From contig CM119266.1 of NCBI GenBank assembly GCA_051294375.1, positions 4,456,832 to 4,520,831 on the forward strand: a stretch of DNA of 64,000 bases. Direction: 5' to 3'. A program made the position numbers and the translations under genes. Source of the stretch: Paraspadella gotoi. Its lineage: Eukaryota > Animalia > Chaetognatha. The stretch's first letter is position 1, and each line of letters begins with the position of its first letter. Shown here piece after piece: positions 27,821-40,345 of the stretch. The notes beneath the pieces were generated by a model. The model was not told where the DNA came from. It made no database searches and saw only the letters and a program-made list of their open reading frames with translations.

Positions 27821-27920
27821 GAAGAGAGAGAGAAGAGAGTAAAGAATTTATTGCCCAAGTTATAGGGAAAGTTAAGGAAACACAATGTTAAAAAGGCCAT
27901 AACTAAACTTTGTCTTTCTT

Positions 27921-27993
<73 letters not shown>

Positions 27994-29164
27994 TCTAACT
28001 CAACCCTCTCCTCTCGATCCTTTTCTCCATCTCTGTCTTCCTTCGATCTTTTCAACTTCGATTCGCGGTTTTTCATTTTTCGTCTTCGATTTCGAAAATG
28101 AAAATCGCGTCGGGAGACCGAACTCGATGTTGAAGACGCCGCCGCCGCCGCTTCTGCCGCCGCTGCTGTCGCTGCCGTCGCTGTTGCCGTCAAGGACGCC
28201 GCCGCCGTCGCCGTCATCCGGCGTCTCGGCGTCAGATGTCACGACGCCGAGTTCCGTCGAACGTCGACGCGTGAATTTCAACATGACCGAATTCGCGTCG
28301 TTTAGTTAATTTCTTTAGTTTAAACAATTAGCATAATCCACGTAAGAAAAAGAGTTAAATTATCATTTTCATTGAATAATGTTTATTCGTCGATCCCTTT
28401 TTTGCTTTCAGGTTTAACGCTCGATAGAATTTATCGAGAATATTAATTATGTCAACTTCGATTATTTTTTTTAATCTCATTTTCGCAACACTTCCTTGGA
28501 ATTTTGGGTCACAAGAAAAAACGAAGAAACGCGGATTCGTTGAGGGAAAAAATCTGAAAAAAAATCTGAGAAAAAATCTTAGATAAATCTGAAGAATTGG
28601 CCGAAAAATCTCGCAAAAAAAAACAGTTTTTTCCCCCCAAGTTACGGCGGTCAATTGTTTCTTTGGAACGAAATGAACTTTTCACGCAATTTTTTAGATT
28701 CTTGATTTTAAGATAAGAGATATACGGAAACGATCCTGTAAATAAATACGAAATAATGGAACTGAAACTGTTCTATTATGATAAATATTATTTTATTATT
28801 TTATTATCTAATATGATAAATATTATTTCATTTTAGGGCCGGGTTTCAAATTTTAATCAAAAAAGTTTCAGTATTGGAAAAGTAACTTTGTAAAGTCTTC
28901 GAAATGTTTCTTAGTTTTTTTTTCTTTGAAATTGTACAACCAATATGAAATTTATCCGTCCTATGTCATGTGAGAGCACTTGTAAGATTACACACGTGTT
29001 TACACTTTGCATTGTTGTATCAAATTATAAAAGACGTTTAAAGCATCCAACTCAATATTTAAACCATAATAATTCCGAAAATTTTAATTATAAGACGGGC
29101 GTTCTAGAGCACGTGACGAAAACTGGCAGTAAAGGCAGCAAATAAAGAAAGAAAATAGTAAATA

Positions 29165-29308
29165 CGAAGCAACTCAGATATTAACTTGTGGTGAAACGTC
29201 CGTAAATTGATGTTGAAAATTAAGAAACTCAGAAATTAACTTGAGGTGAAACGTTCATGAATCAATTTTGAAAACGAAGCAACTCAGATATTAACTTGCC
29301 GATGAAAT
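29165..29308 (+). repeat. 55-bp minisatellite, ~2.6 copies
   Basis: aactcaga(t/a)attaacttg recurs at 29171, 29226 and 29281. Confidence 0.85.
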
Positions 29309-29676
29309 ATTTGTTTGAATCGAACCGGAGCGAATTTTTTTTCGATTTATTTAAATAAAAAAATATTTTGTTTCATGATTGCTATATTGACTCATACAAT
29401 TAAATATTTGTTTTCTTAATTCGAACCCAAAAATAAATCTCGGTTTCTTTTTGTTTTCTTTTATGGATTTCGATGCACGAAATCGAAAGAAAAAAAAATG
29501 AGGTGCGCAAATAAATTGAGTCTCGATTTTGGAAGATTCCATTCGTGCATTCGTTGTCTCCATTACGAGATGTGACGCGTCATGAGAAAACTTGGAAACA
29601 TAATAGGCCGACGGTTGACGGGGGTTTTTTGGCCAACTCAATTTCAGTATTTAAATCGGGATACCTTTATTCAAAA

Positions 29677-29744
<68 letters not shown>

Positions 29745-29768
29745 CTGTTTACGAGTATAATAATAATA

Positions 29769-29805
<37 letters not shown>

Positions 29806-30074
29806 CAATTATAAAAATAAATGAAATAAATTTATTCAAATGTTTCGTTTTCCCACGACCCGTTACACGTTCCGGTTCCATGGATGAACGACTCAGAAGA
29901 AAAGTGAAAAGAAATCAAAATCCTCGTCAAAACCGAATGCAAATCTCAGATCCTCAAATTCCGCATCGATGTAACGAATAAAACTATTGTTTCTTCGTTA
30001 CAGCGTCATTTTTATCGTCGTCTTCGTCATCGTCGTCATCAATGAACTAAATTCCGGTTTTTGTTTTTCGTTCG

Positions 30075-30165
30075 TTTTTTTTTTATCTCGGCTACACTGT
30101 AGCCTACAGACTACAGACGTGACTCTATATCTCATTTTTTGGTCCGTCCGTCCGTCTGTGTGTCG
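30075..30165 (+). mobile_element. Second HINE-like end fragment
   Basis: A T10 run is followed by the palindrome GGCTACA-c-TGTAGCC (30090-30104), gacgtgactctata and (GTCC)3 GTCT GTGT. Confidence 0.35.
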
Positions 30166-31395
30166 ATAGTAAAGTAGGATGTATGAAGTAAGATGAAAAA
30201 ATTAATTAATTATGTACTCGGTTTAATGTCATCATCTGTCATCACCCGAATCGTCCACATCTTGGAAAATCAGCCAAAAAGTCGTGGCAGTTCAAACAAG
30301 CCTATTTATCGGTAAAAAGAATACACCTAAAAAAATGAAAATTAAAAGAAATAAAGAAAGTAAAACAATTTTAAGCATATAAATAAACCAATGCAGTGAC
30401 TATTTCTTTCTATTTTTCTTTCTCTTCTGCCTGAGGCCACCATTTTTCATCCTTGTGCTCGTCCCGCCCTCGTCGTCGTCGTCGTCGTCGTCTCTACGGT
30501 TTCTACCCCTCGGGTTCCAACATCCCGACCACCTGAGACGCCGAAGGCATCCGCAATCGCATTGACATTCCGCGTTCTTCGACCACTAGGCTATTCCATG
30601 CCATGCCATGCTATGCTATGCTATTTAATGCTAAGCTATCTATCGCTTTCCCTTAAATAATTTACGAACGATCATTGCCAATGTACTTACATTTATTAAG
30701 TAAAAATAGGCTTGGAAAAAGAACATTTTAATAGCTATGAGAAATCATCGCAAGACTGTATCTGTTTATTTTACACCGTCAATAAATAATAATAGTAATA
30801 ATAGAAATAACTCCGACAGGGAGGGGGAAGCAAAATTTGGTAAAAAAAGGTGACGAGGTTTTATTATTTCGATACAAAAATTTAGGGAAAAAGATTTTAC
30901 AATTTCCTAATTTGTTGAGGGGAAAAAACACTTGATTACGATATGAGATAAAACATGAAAAACGAATAAGAATATTTAACATTTAATAGCGATAATTTCC
31001 GAAGAGGATAAGAAGTTGGGTTGGAAAGTCACTAATTCTTTTTCTATTTATAGGTCATTTTCGAATGAAAAATAAGTATTAATTAATGATAAAGCAACAC
31101 GCAAAGATATAAACCGGAATGATGATAAGAGATTTAAACAGAATAAAATAGGAAAACAGAATTGGGATCCAAAACTTTAAAAAATCATTCGAGTATTTTT
31201 GTTTATTTAAGATTGAAATACAATTTTTTTTAAAAGACCTTTTTTCATATTTTTAATTCTTAATATTTATAATTCTAATGAAATTGGTACAACAAATATA
31301 ATATTATATAATATTATCATTGCAAATAATTAAAATAAAATTTAAACTTTTAGATCCCAACCCTGTAACCAAATTTCTCTTCATTTCTAGTTAAT

Positions 31396-31974
31396 TCAAC
31401 AACTGATTCTTTGCGGCATCGATGACGTCATATTCAACGCGACGCCGGCGATGACGTCACGAGCGCCGCCTCCGATAACTTCACGATTTCCGCCGATAAC
31501 GTCTCTTCCGTTGGCGTTATCGACGACGTCACGTCCGACACTGTTACGTCCTGCGATAACGTCACGCGGTCCGGCGCCGTCGCTCGATCTTCCGCTCAAT
31601 GAAGACGGCGTCATCGAGGATCGATGGACGCCGACAAAGTCTCCCGTTTTCGTCCGCGCCACTGACCCCGACGACGCCGCAGCGGCTGCAGACGCCGCTT
31701 CAACTCCAACGACCTCTGGCGGCGACGGAACCGGCGCTTTTTTCTCGGCGTTGGGCGGCTTAAAGACGCCGGTGGCGCCATCCAACGTCGCCTTCATTCC
31801 TGTGACGACGAGAGCGGCGTCGCCGAAAGGAAAACACGCGGCGCCACCGAATCCGGAACCGGAAACGGCGCCGCTGCCGGGAGAGATCGCGCCGGATGAG
31901 AGAAACGGCGAAGACGACGATAATGGAGACGATGAACGTTGACCAGAGTTGTGCGCATGCGCGAGAGCGGCAGC
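31396..31974 (-). CDS. Gbx: Putative terminal exon of Gbx (192 aa low-complexity extension with R[DE]V[IV]xx repeats)
   Basis: The acceptor is strong (ctgac branch-like site, cctccctcttt tract, atcag). It joins the previous exon in frame at phase 0 and gives 193 open codons (AAALAHAHNSGQRSSSPL...MKATLDG...RDVIAG...MTSSMPQRISC-stop). It is a GC-rich island in AT-rich flanks, with a minus-strand AATAAA at 31202-31207. Confidence 0.72.
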   Translation of the reverse strand, partial: AAALAHAHNSGQRSSSPLSSSSPFLSSGAISPGSGAVSGSGFGGAACFPFGDAALVVTGMKATLDGATGVFKPPNAEKKAPVPSPPEVVGVEAASAAAAASSGSVARTKTGDFVGVHRSSMTPSSLSGRSSDGAGPRDVIAGRNSVGRDVVDNANGRDVIGGNREVIGGGARDVIAGVALNMTSSMPQRISC

Positions 31975-32269
31975 CTGATAAAGAGGGAGGTTATTGGTCG
32001 GTCAGTTATTTATTTATTTATTTCTAAGTTTATTTATTTATTTGTTTATTTACTTATTTTTGATTTATTTATTAGTTAATCTATTTATTTCTTAATTTTT
32101 ATATTTATTTATTCAATATTAATCTTGTAGAGAAATACCGATTGAAAAGTATAAAAATAATTTTGTTATTTAGTTTTAATTTAATTATTAAATCTTTTAT
32201 TTTTTTAATTATTGTTGTACGTTTTTAATTTTCTTTTTCTGCCTTTTCCTGCCCCTCCATCTCCATCAC

Positions 32270-32500
32270 CTGCTGGGCCGACCTCGCCGCCTTCTCCAGC
32301 TGTTGATGTTGAGACCTGATGGCGAATCGATTGACGTGAACCGGGATCGGGACGACGAGTTTCGTGGCGCCGCCGCCAGGGGCGCCGCCGGCGGTGGGCG
32401 TGGCGCCTAGTGCGCCCGCGTTACCGGCCGCGCGACCGTGAGCGATTCCCGCTTTGACTCGCTTCCATTTCGCGCGACGATTTTGAAACCAGATTTTGAC
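32270..32500 (-). CDS. Gbx: Gbx exon: homeodomain helix 3 plus conserved Gbx C-terminal motif
   Basis: The 77 codons read VKIWFQNRRAKWKRVKAGIAHGRAAGNAGALGATPTAGGAPGGGATKLVVPIPVHVNRFAIRSQHQQLEKAARSAQQ. KxVVPIPVHVxRFAIRSQHQQLE is the Gbx-family C-terminal motif. Acceptor ctcacccttag, putative donor CAG|gtgatg. Confidence 0.96.
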
Positions 32501-32791
32501 CTAAGGGTGAGATTAATGAATTTATTTCGATCAATCAATCAATCCGTTAATGAATGAAGCAATAAGTCACTCCAATCATTAGAATCCATCCACAAATTAA
32601 AACAAAAAACTAGAAGATCAACTACAATCAATTACAATCAATTACAATCAACTAACTTAGCAAAAAAAAAAAAACAATTATTAAAATAAATAGGGATAAA
32701 AAATTGTAAATAGGTATTGATAAATATCAATTATTTAATCAATTAATTATTTAATCAATCAATCACAAAATTAATCAATATATCTAATAAC

Positions 32792-33048
32792 CTGCACTTC
32801 GCTTAGCTTGAGCGTGTGGGCGATCTGCGACCTCTCAGTCAAACTCAAATATTTCTTGGCGTGAAATTCTTTCTCCAGCTCCAGCAATTGTTCGCTGGTG
32901 AAGGCTGTTCGCCGCCGGCGTCCTTTGTTTCCGCCGCCGCCGCCGCCGCCGCCGCTGCCGCCGCGATCGATGAGCGACGCTGCGTCGTCGACGGCGACGT
33001 CGTCGTCGTAGTCGTCGATGTCTACGTCGTCGTCGTTAGAATCGGCGC
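32792..33048 (-). CDS. Gbx: Gbx/unplugged homeobox gene, internal exon: acidic/Gly linker plus homeodomain residues 1-44
   Basis: The minus strand translates to [32 protein letters not shown](n)[46 protein letters not shown]. This matches the Gbx homeodomain as I recall it (vertebrate Gbx2 [43 protein letters not shown]). Acceptor ttcctttccccaaacag (phase 1), donor CAG|gttatt (phase 0). Confidence 0.96.
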
Positions 33049-33557
33049 CTGTTTGGGGAAAGGAAGTAACGATTTGTTAACGATTTGTTAATAGTTGGTA
33101 ACGATGCAGTACAAATACTTAAGTCGATTCGGTATTATGAATAAACGTGCTTTAACATTTGTATGAAAACAAGAATAGCATACTATTGCATTGTTCATTT
33201 GTTTCTATTCTACCTAAAAGCCTCATTTCCATCCTTATTTGCATATTATTTTTTTTAACTGGCAAAAAAAAATCAGCAGAAATAATTGTTTGATTCGCAA
33301 CGAATTTTTTTTTATATCTGCACAGTTTGAGTGATCGTACTAATTGCCTCTCTCCATCGTTTTTCTTTAATGTTTTATCCTAATATATACATTAAAATAA
33401 AGAACTCAGAACTATTACTTTTCATAAATCATTATTTTATACATATTATTATCAAAATAGTATTTGTTTTGTTGGGTCAACGCAGTCTTAAAATAGGAAA
33501 TTGTTTTCTCTCATTACAAAACGGGAAACAAAACTTTTTCAAATTCCTAGAACTAGA

Positions 33558-33594
<37 letters not shown>

Positions 33595-33921
33595 GATTAT
33601 TATTATTATTATTATTGTTTGAGCTTGCCTCTAATTTTTCTGACTTTATGAGACGACGACCGAGAATTCAACGATGTTTTAAAAAATGTTTATTGATATT
33701 GAAATAATTGGCGACGATGTATAAAAACAGTTCCAAGTTTTAAAAACGTTAAAAACACTTTAAAAAACACCTTAAAAGCAACGTGAAAACGTTCGACGTC
33801 GAGGCTTAACGAGGCAACTGCCTCCGACTTTTCTTAAATTTCAAACGTTAAAATAACCCAGATATTTGCTTTCTTCTTCATATTAATCGTTGTCGTTGTC
33901 GTCGCGACGTTCCGTCTCGAA

Positions 33922-34206
33922 TCAGGAAACTTGGGACTCGGATGTCGAAATCTCTGCCGTCGAACGTTGAACCGTCCTGCCCCTACGGCGACGCCCGCGT
34001 TGCGCACCGCGAACGCCAATACAATTATTATTATTATTATTGTTATTATTATTATTATTATTATTAAACAGTTGTTCATTTTTATTCATTGTCTTTTTAT
34101 TTTCTGAATCGAATGCAAAGTTGTAAGCGCCAGTCGTCGTCACGTGATCGATCGAACTCTTAAGACAAAAGAAACGCTTGATGACGTCATTAATGGCGTC
34201 GTTAAA
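33922..34206 (-). CDS. Weak candidate upstream exon of Gbx (poly-Asn frame); unverified
   Basis: An acceptor-like (ct)n...ttgattcag precedes an open frame FNDAINDVIKRFFCLKSSIDHVTTTGAY...N(n)CIGVRG. Possible phase-1 GT donors exist before the stop. No recognisable Gbx motif is present. Confidence 0.15.
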   Translation of the reverse strand, partial: FNDAINDVIKRFFCLKSSIDHVTTTGAYNFAFDSENKKTMNKNEQLFNNNNNNNNNNNNNNCIGVRGAQRGRRRRGRTVQRSTAEISTSESQVS

Positions 34207-34219
34207 CTGAATCAACGGA

Positions 34220-34279
<60 letters not shown>

Positions 34280-34780
34280 AGAAGAGAAAGGTGAAAAATT
34301 GAAAAAAACTAGAAAATGGAAAATGAATTAAAGAGAGAAAATTAAAAAAAAAATTATTGTCTTTCGTTTTTTTCTTGTCTTTTCTTTTTTTTTCTCTTCT
34401 TTTTTCTTTTCTTTTCTTTTCTTTTCTTTTCTTTTCTTTTCTTTTCTTTTCTTTTCTTTTCTTTTCTTTTCTTTTCTTTTCTTTTCTTTGTTTTACATCT
34501 TTTCTTTCTTTTTACTTTTCTTGTTATCAATTTCTCTTCTTTTTCTCTCTCGTTTTACTTTTCTTTTAGCAACTTATACTTATCACAAATCTCTCTCTCT
34601 CTCACTCTCTCTCCCATTTTTCTTATTCTTTCCTTTTTTTTCCTTTCTCAGATTTCCCTTTCCTTTTTTTTTCGTCTCCTCCCCTTCATCTGCCTTTCGT
34701 CTCTTTTTCCTTTTAGCCTTTTGACTTTTAGCTCCTTAAATGACTTTTGCTCCTTTGAGGCGTTTCTCATAAAACCGGTC

Positions 34781-34822
<42 letters not shown>

Positions 34823-34832
34823 CTTCTCTCTC

Positions 34833-34863
<31 letters not shown>

Positions 34864-35948
34864 TGTGGCGGAGGCGTGCCTCGATTCATTGCCCCTTGGC
34901 TCAATCAAGACACGGCGGCTTCTTTCATCTTTTGACCAAAAAAAATATGTAACAAAAATAAAAATCAAAAATCTAAGGAATTCGTGATAGTAAGTATAAC
35001 AATAATAATAATAATAAAAAAAAATAATATAATATAACAATGTCATATACAAAGATAATATACGTTTTTATAGTTTGAAATGGGAACATCTAATTTAGAA
35101 ATTATCCATACATTCAATGAATAAATAATAATTCATTAAACAAGCTTATAGATAGTATAGTATTTTTATCGAATGTAATGGGATAATTATCAAATAAACT
35201 TACTTTGGACATGCCTCCATCCTAATACAAGTTAATATAACATCTAGACACTTCAAACAAACAAACTCTATTACAGTCTAGTTTAGAATCACCCACAGCC
35301 CTTAACCTCCCTATCAATGAAGTGGAATAATATTCTAATATTTCAATATTTCAAATTTATCGTAAACTAATTAAAATTCAAATTAGACTTTTAATTTACA
35401 ATTTATAAAAAAAGACGTAAGGTTCGTCGACTTTTTTTGATGGCGCCATCGCAATTTCTTTGGGCCCAGAATTTCGGCGGCAAGAAAATGAGATTGTGAT
35501 TGCAATGAAGGTAGGAGGGCGGGACTACATGGTCATTGCAAGCTGATGGAATTTAAAAAACTTATAATTTTAAGGAACTATAAAAATGATATATTTATGT
35601 AAATTGATTTATTAGCAAAATAAAATTACGCATTTTTATTTGTATTTATGAATCATAATTAGTATAATAAATATTTTTTTATACAAAAAAATTTGAAATA
35701 CTAATCTTTAATAGATAAAAAGTTACAATATTTTAAAACCCAAACAATATAATTATTAACAATCTATATTTTTTTAACAAACAACATTCGTTTGTTGACT
35801 CGCTCTTCTCGCAAAACCCTGTAGCGACGTGAATTCGGGAATTTCGGCCTCAAAAAGCCATCGGCGCGTCAGGTGTTTCTCAGCACCTGCCATAAAACAT
35901 CATCATTCCCAAAAAAAGAGTTTGCAAATTTCCCAAACGGCCATCGAC

Positions 35949-36010
<62 letters not shown>

Positions 36011-36500
36011 CACGATTATGGGGTAATGGTTTTTGTATATTTTTGTTTTTCCAGTTCTGGATATCAACCCATTTCCGGGAATTTCCTCGAGAAAAACCGT
36101 CAAATATCATATTTTTCCGTCCGAATTTTTTTCGTCAAAAAAACGTGTTTTTCTCGTTTACGGTGATGGTCGTCGTCGTCGTCGTCGTCGTTCGTCATCA
36201 TCATAACCATTGCCGTCATTGTCATCGGTCGTCGTCGTTCGTCATTTCGTTCGTCGTTGTCATCATCGTCGTCGTCTTCGTTCGTCGTCGTCGTCTTCAT
36301 TGTCGTTCGTCGTCGTCGTCGTCGCGGTCACCCGTTTTATAGAGAGCCTCGTTTCAAGAGTCACATAAAAGTGAATATGCGCGATAGAAAACTCGTGAGA
36401 ATCTTTCAACGAAATTGTTTTATTATTTCTCACATTTCATAAAAGTAACGATCTTTTTTTGTGAAACCATTTTCTTACTTTTCTTTTTTGGCAGTTCTGA

Positions 36501-36540
<40 letters not shown>

Positions 36541-36619
36541 TTTTTTCCTCGGGACGAAGTTTAGACCGCAAAGAAATGGTTGTCTGCGGTTTTGGTCTTT
36601 TGGACTTAAACGCTAGTCA

Positions 36620-36682
<63 letters not shown>

Positions 36683-37014
36683 TCCCTGATTGCTTTCCCA
36701 CAATTGTTCTTTCTTATGGTCCTTCCAAACTGTTTATTGGATAATTTTCTCCCCAGAAATCGCGCGAGACCGAAAATTGCGCGGGCACCGGAAACGAACC
36801 CCAGACGTCAACTCGCTTTTTCTAGAATTGGTTTAGCTTTCGCCTTTATGCTTTGTCTTTTTATTATTTTTTTTGGTAATAATTGTTTATGATTGACTTT
36901 TTAGATCGATTGGATGATAAACTAATTAAATAAAAAATTGATTAATTGTACTATTGTATGATTCGCTGACTTAATAATTTATTGGTGGATAAGTTTATTT
37001 CATTTAATGGTTTC

Positions 37015-37161
<147 letters not shown>

Positions 37162-37746
37162 GTAAATTAGTTTTTACTGAATCATGGATTGATTGATAAA
37201 ATGATTGTTTCATTCATTGATAAAAAAATTATTAAAAAAAGTTACTAAGTTTCTTCTGGATTAATTTATAATTATTTTTTACACAATCCATCCTATCTTT
37301 CACCATATGCGTCCATCTCCCTCTTTTCCTCTCTCCTTCTCCCCCTCCCCTTCATCCNNNNNNNNNNNNNNNNNNNNNNNNNNNNNNNNNNNNNNNNNNN
37401 NNNNNNNNNNNNNNNNNNNNNNNNNNNNNNNNNNNNNNNNNNNNNNNNNNNNNNNNNNNNNNNNNNNNNNNNNNNNNNNNNNNNNNNNNNNNNNNNNNNN
37501 NNNNNNNNNNNNNNNNNNNNNNNNNNNNNNNNNNNNNNNNNNNNNNNNNNNNNNNNNNNNNNNNNNNNNNNNNNNNNNNNNNNNNNNNNNNNNNNNNNNN
37601 NNNNNNNTATCCGCTACTTTCCTCTCTATTTTTTCTTCTCTTCATTTTCCACTTATTTTCTCTCAACTAATCAAAAAAAATCATTCGCCGATCAACTTTT
37701 AAGTTTCCATTAGCGAAAATCAAACTTCTCTCTCTCCAGACGACGA

Positions 37747-37774
<28 letters not shown>

Positions 37775-37777
<3 letters not shown>

Positions 37778-38640
37778 CAGAGAAATCTTCCACTTTATTG
37801 CCAATCGAAAAAAAAAGTCATTAAATTGATTCGTTATTTAGATGACGGTTTTCGCGTCGGTTAATGTCGGTATCCAAGGCGACCTCCGTCTGACTTATGA
37901 CACATGACATGACATGTCGGTCGCCTTCGATATTTCCATCTCTTGACATCAATATTCTTGTCGGCTGAAAACGTCGGTTTTTGTCGTTCCTTTTGTAACT
38001 GTCGTCGTTATGGTCGTCACTGTCTCCTGGTTCATCTTTGTCTTCTTTGTCGTCAATGTTGTTGTCGTTGTCGTCGTCGTCGCTGTCTTCCTTGTCATCA
38101 AGTCATCTTTTTCGTCTTTATCGTCTTTTGTCGTCTTTGTCGTCAATGTTGTCGTTGTCGTCGCTGCACATGACGACGATACGGAGACGCGACGACGACC
38201 AGAGAAATCTTCCACTTTATTGCCAATCGAAAAAAAAAGTCATTAATTGATTCCGTTATTTAGATGACGGTTTTCGCGTCGGTTAATGTCGGTATTCACA
38301 GGGCGACCTCCGTCTGACTTATGACACATGACTACTACAGTCGGTCGCCCTTCAGATATTTTCCATCTCTTGACATCAATATTCTTGTCGGCTGAAAACG
38401 TCGGTTTTGTCGTTCCTTTTGTAACTGTCGTCGTTATGGTCGTCACTGTCTCGCTGGTCATCTTTGTCTTCTTTGTCGTATATGTGTTGTCGTTGTCGTT
38501 CGTCGTCGCTGTCTCCTTGTCATCAAGTCATCTTTTCGTCTTTTATCGTCTTTGTCGCTTTGTCGTCAATGTTGTGGTTGGTCTCGTTTCGTCGCTGTCT
38601 TCCTTGTCATCATATCTCTTGTATACTTTCTCGTCTTTTG
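37775..38640 (+). repeat. Tandem duplication of a ~420-bp unit
   Basis: gaccagagaaatcttccactttattgccaatcg occurs at ~37775 and ~38197, followed by collinear sequence. The block ends near a 25-N gap. Confidence 0.88.
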
Positions 38641-39004
38641 TCGTCTTTCGTCGTCGTCTTTTTGTCCGCCAATTCGCTTCAGGAGCCGAAAATATTTCTG
38701 TCGAATTAAAAACATTANNNNNNNNNNNNNNNNNNNNNNNNNGCTTCAGCTGCGTTTATAAACTCATTTTATTGATTAAATTTCTATTTATAGACCATCC
38801 AAAGTAATTTACAGTTTCAATTTATGTACATTTTATTTATGTATATTTTCACCTCATGATTTGACAGAAATTCATAGTAATTCAAGTAATTGATAATCTT
38901 CTTTATAAGAATTTTTTGGAGATTACGTCTTTTCATTGGTTATGTTATAAGTTGTTGTCATGGGTAACTAAAAACCCTTTCCATAGAAAAAATAAATATA
39001 TATA

Positions 39005-39079
<75 letters not shown>

Positions 39080-39397
39080 ACAAATAAAAAAATTTTAAAA
39101 AAAAATTAAAAAAAAAAAAAATAATAAATAAAGAAATAAATAAATAATTAATTTTTATCAGGTTTGTCCCAACTTAAATTATTGTGATCATTCAGAATGC
39201 TATCCATGTTTGACTTGACCCAAAAAATCCTAAGACATAAAAATATTTTCTAACCTAACGCTTTAACAATGAACCCTCGTGCGTTTTAAACGGAAACGAC
39301 TGTAGGCTTAAACGGCGAGTGAACAATTTTGCGTTGGAAGCGTAATCGACTGTAGCCTTAAGCGGATGGAGGCTATGGACTCTGAGGGGCAAAGATC

Positions 39398-39431
<34 letters not shown>

Positions 39432-40093
39432 TTATAGAGCCAAGCAGTCTTAAACGTACATGGAAGGAAATATTTTGGAATATCCATGCAATGGAAAATG
39501 ATGCGAGACAAAACGTTTTAATTGAGCGAGACAGTAGGAGAATTCCTTTTATAGATAAAATAAACAAAAACCAATAACAAAAAGAAGAAATGAGCTGGAG
39601 AGTTGGGAAAGTTTGTCACAGCGGCTTAAAGGTTTAAGATATAACTTCACGAAAAGCTTAAATAAGTCTGTTAAGTCGAGACGATTATTCTTAAAGGACA
39701 TTGATATATTCAAGCCTTTACAAAATTATCAACTCATGCGAGTTGAGCTTGATGTGATTGATTCACTCTGTCAGTCGAAAATAACATGAAATAAGTTTAA
39801 GACTTTTTCAAAATGATTTCTTGCTTTTACTCCGATATAATAAGGACAAATTCAATTATTCCTTTAGATTATAAAATCTATTAAAATAATGTTTTTCCGC
39901 TGGTTTTTATTTGTGAAATTAAAGGGGAAAATCAAAAGAATTAATCAATACTGCGGTTATTTATCTCAAAAACTTTTTTATCTTCCAACTCTGCAATATG
40001 CAAATAAGTATTTTGAAAGAAAAGATATTAGAGAAAACGAAATAGTGTGTGTCTGTGTGTGTGTGAGAGAGAGAGACAGAGAAAGAGAGAGAC

Positions 40094-40167
<74 letters not shown>

Positions 40168-40313
40168 GAGAGAGAAGATAAAGAGAGAAAAAGAGAGAGA
40201 AAGAAGAAAGGCAGTAGAGTCAGAAACCTAGCTGGTTTTTTCTTTTTTCTTTCCATCAAAGAACTTTATCGTTTTCTATTTTCTTTTTCTTTAACCCTTC
40301 ACTCTCTCTCTCT

Positions 40314-40345
<32 letters not shown>

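Noticed and set aside
28146-28165. Shared CGCCGCTTCTGCCGCCGC with the reverse complement of ~62502-62519
   Set aside because: It lies in low-complexity GCC context and the similarity does not extend.
31451-31942. 163-aa plus-strand ORF antisense to the Gbx last exon
   Set aside because: It is the expected shadow of GC-rich codons and has no independent gene signals.
32816-33091. 91-aa plus-strand ORF
   Set aside because: It is the antisense shadow of the homeobox exon.
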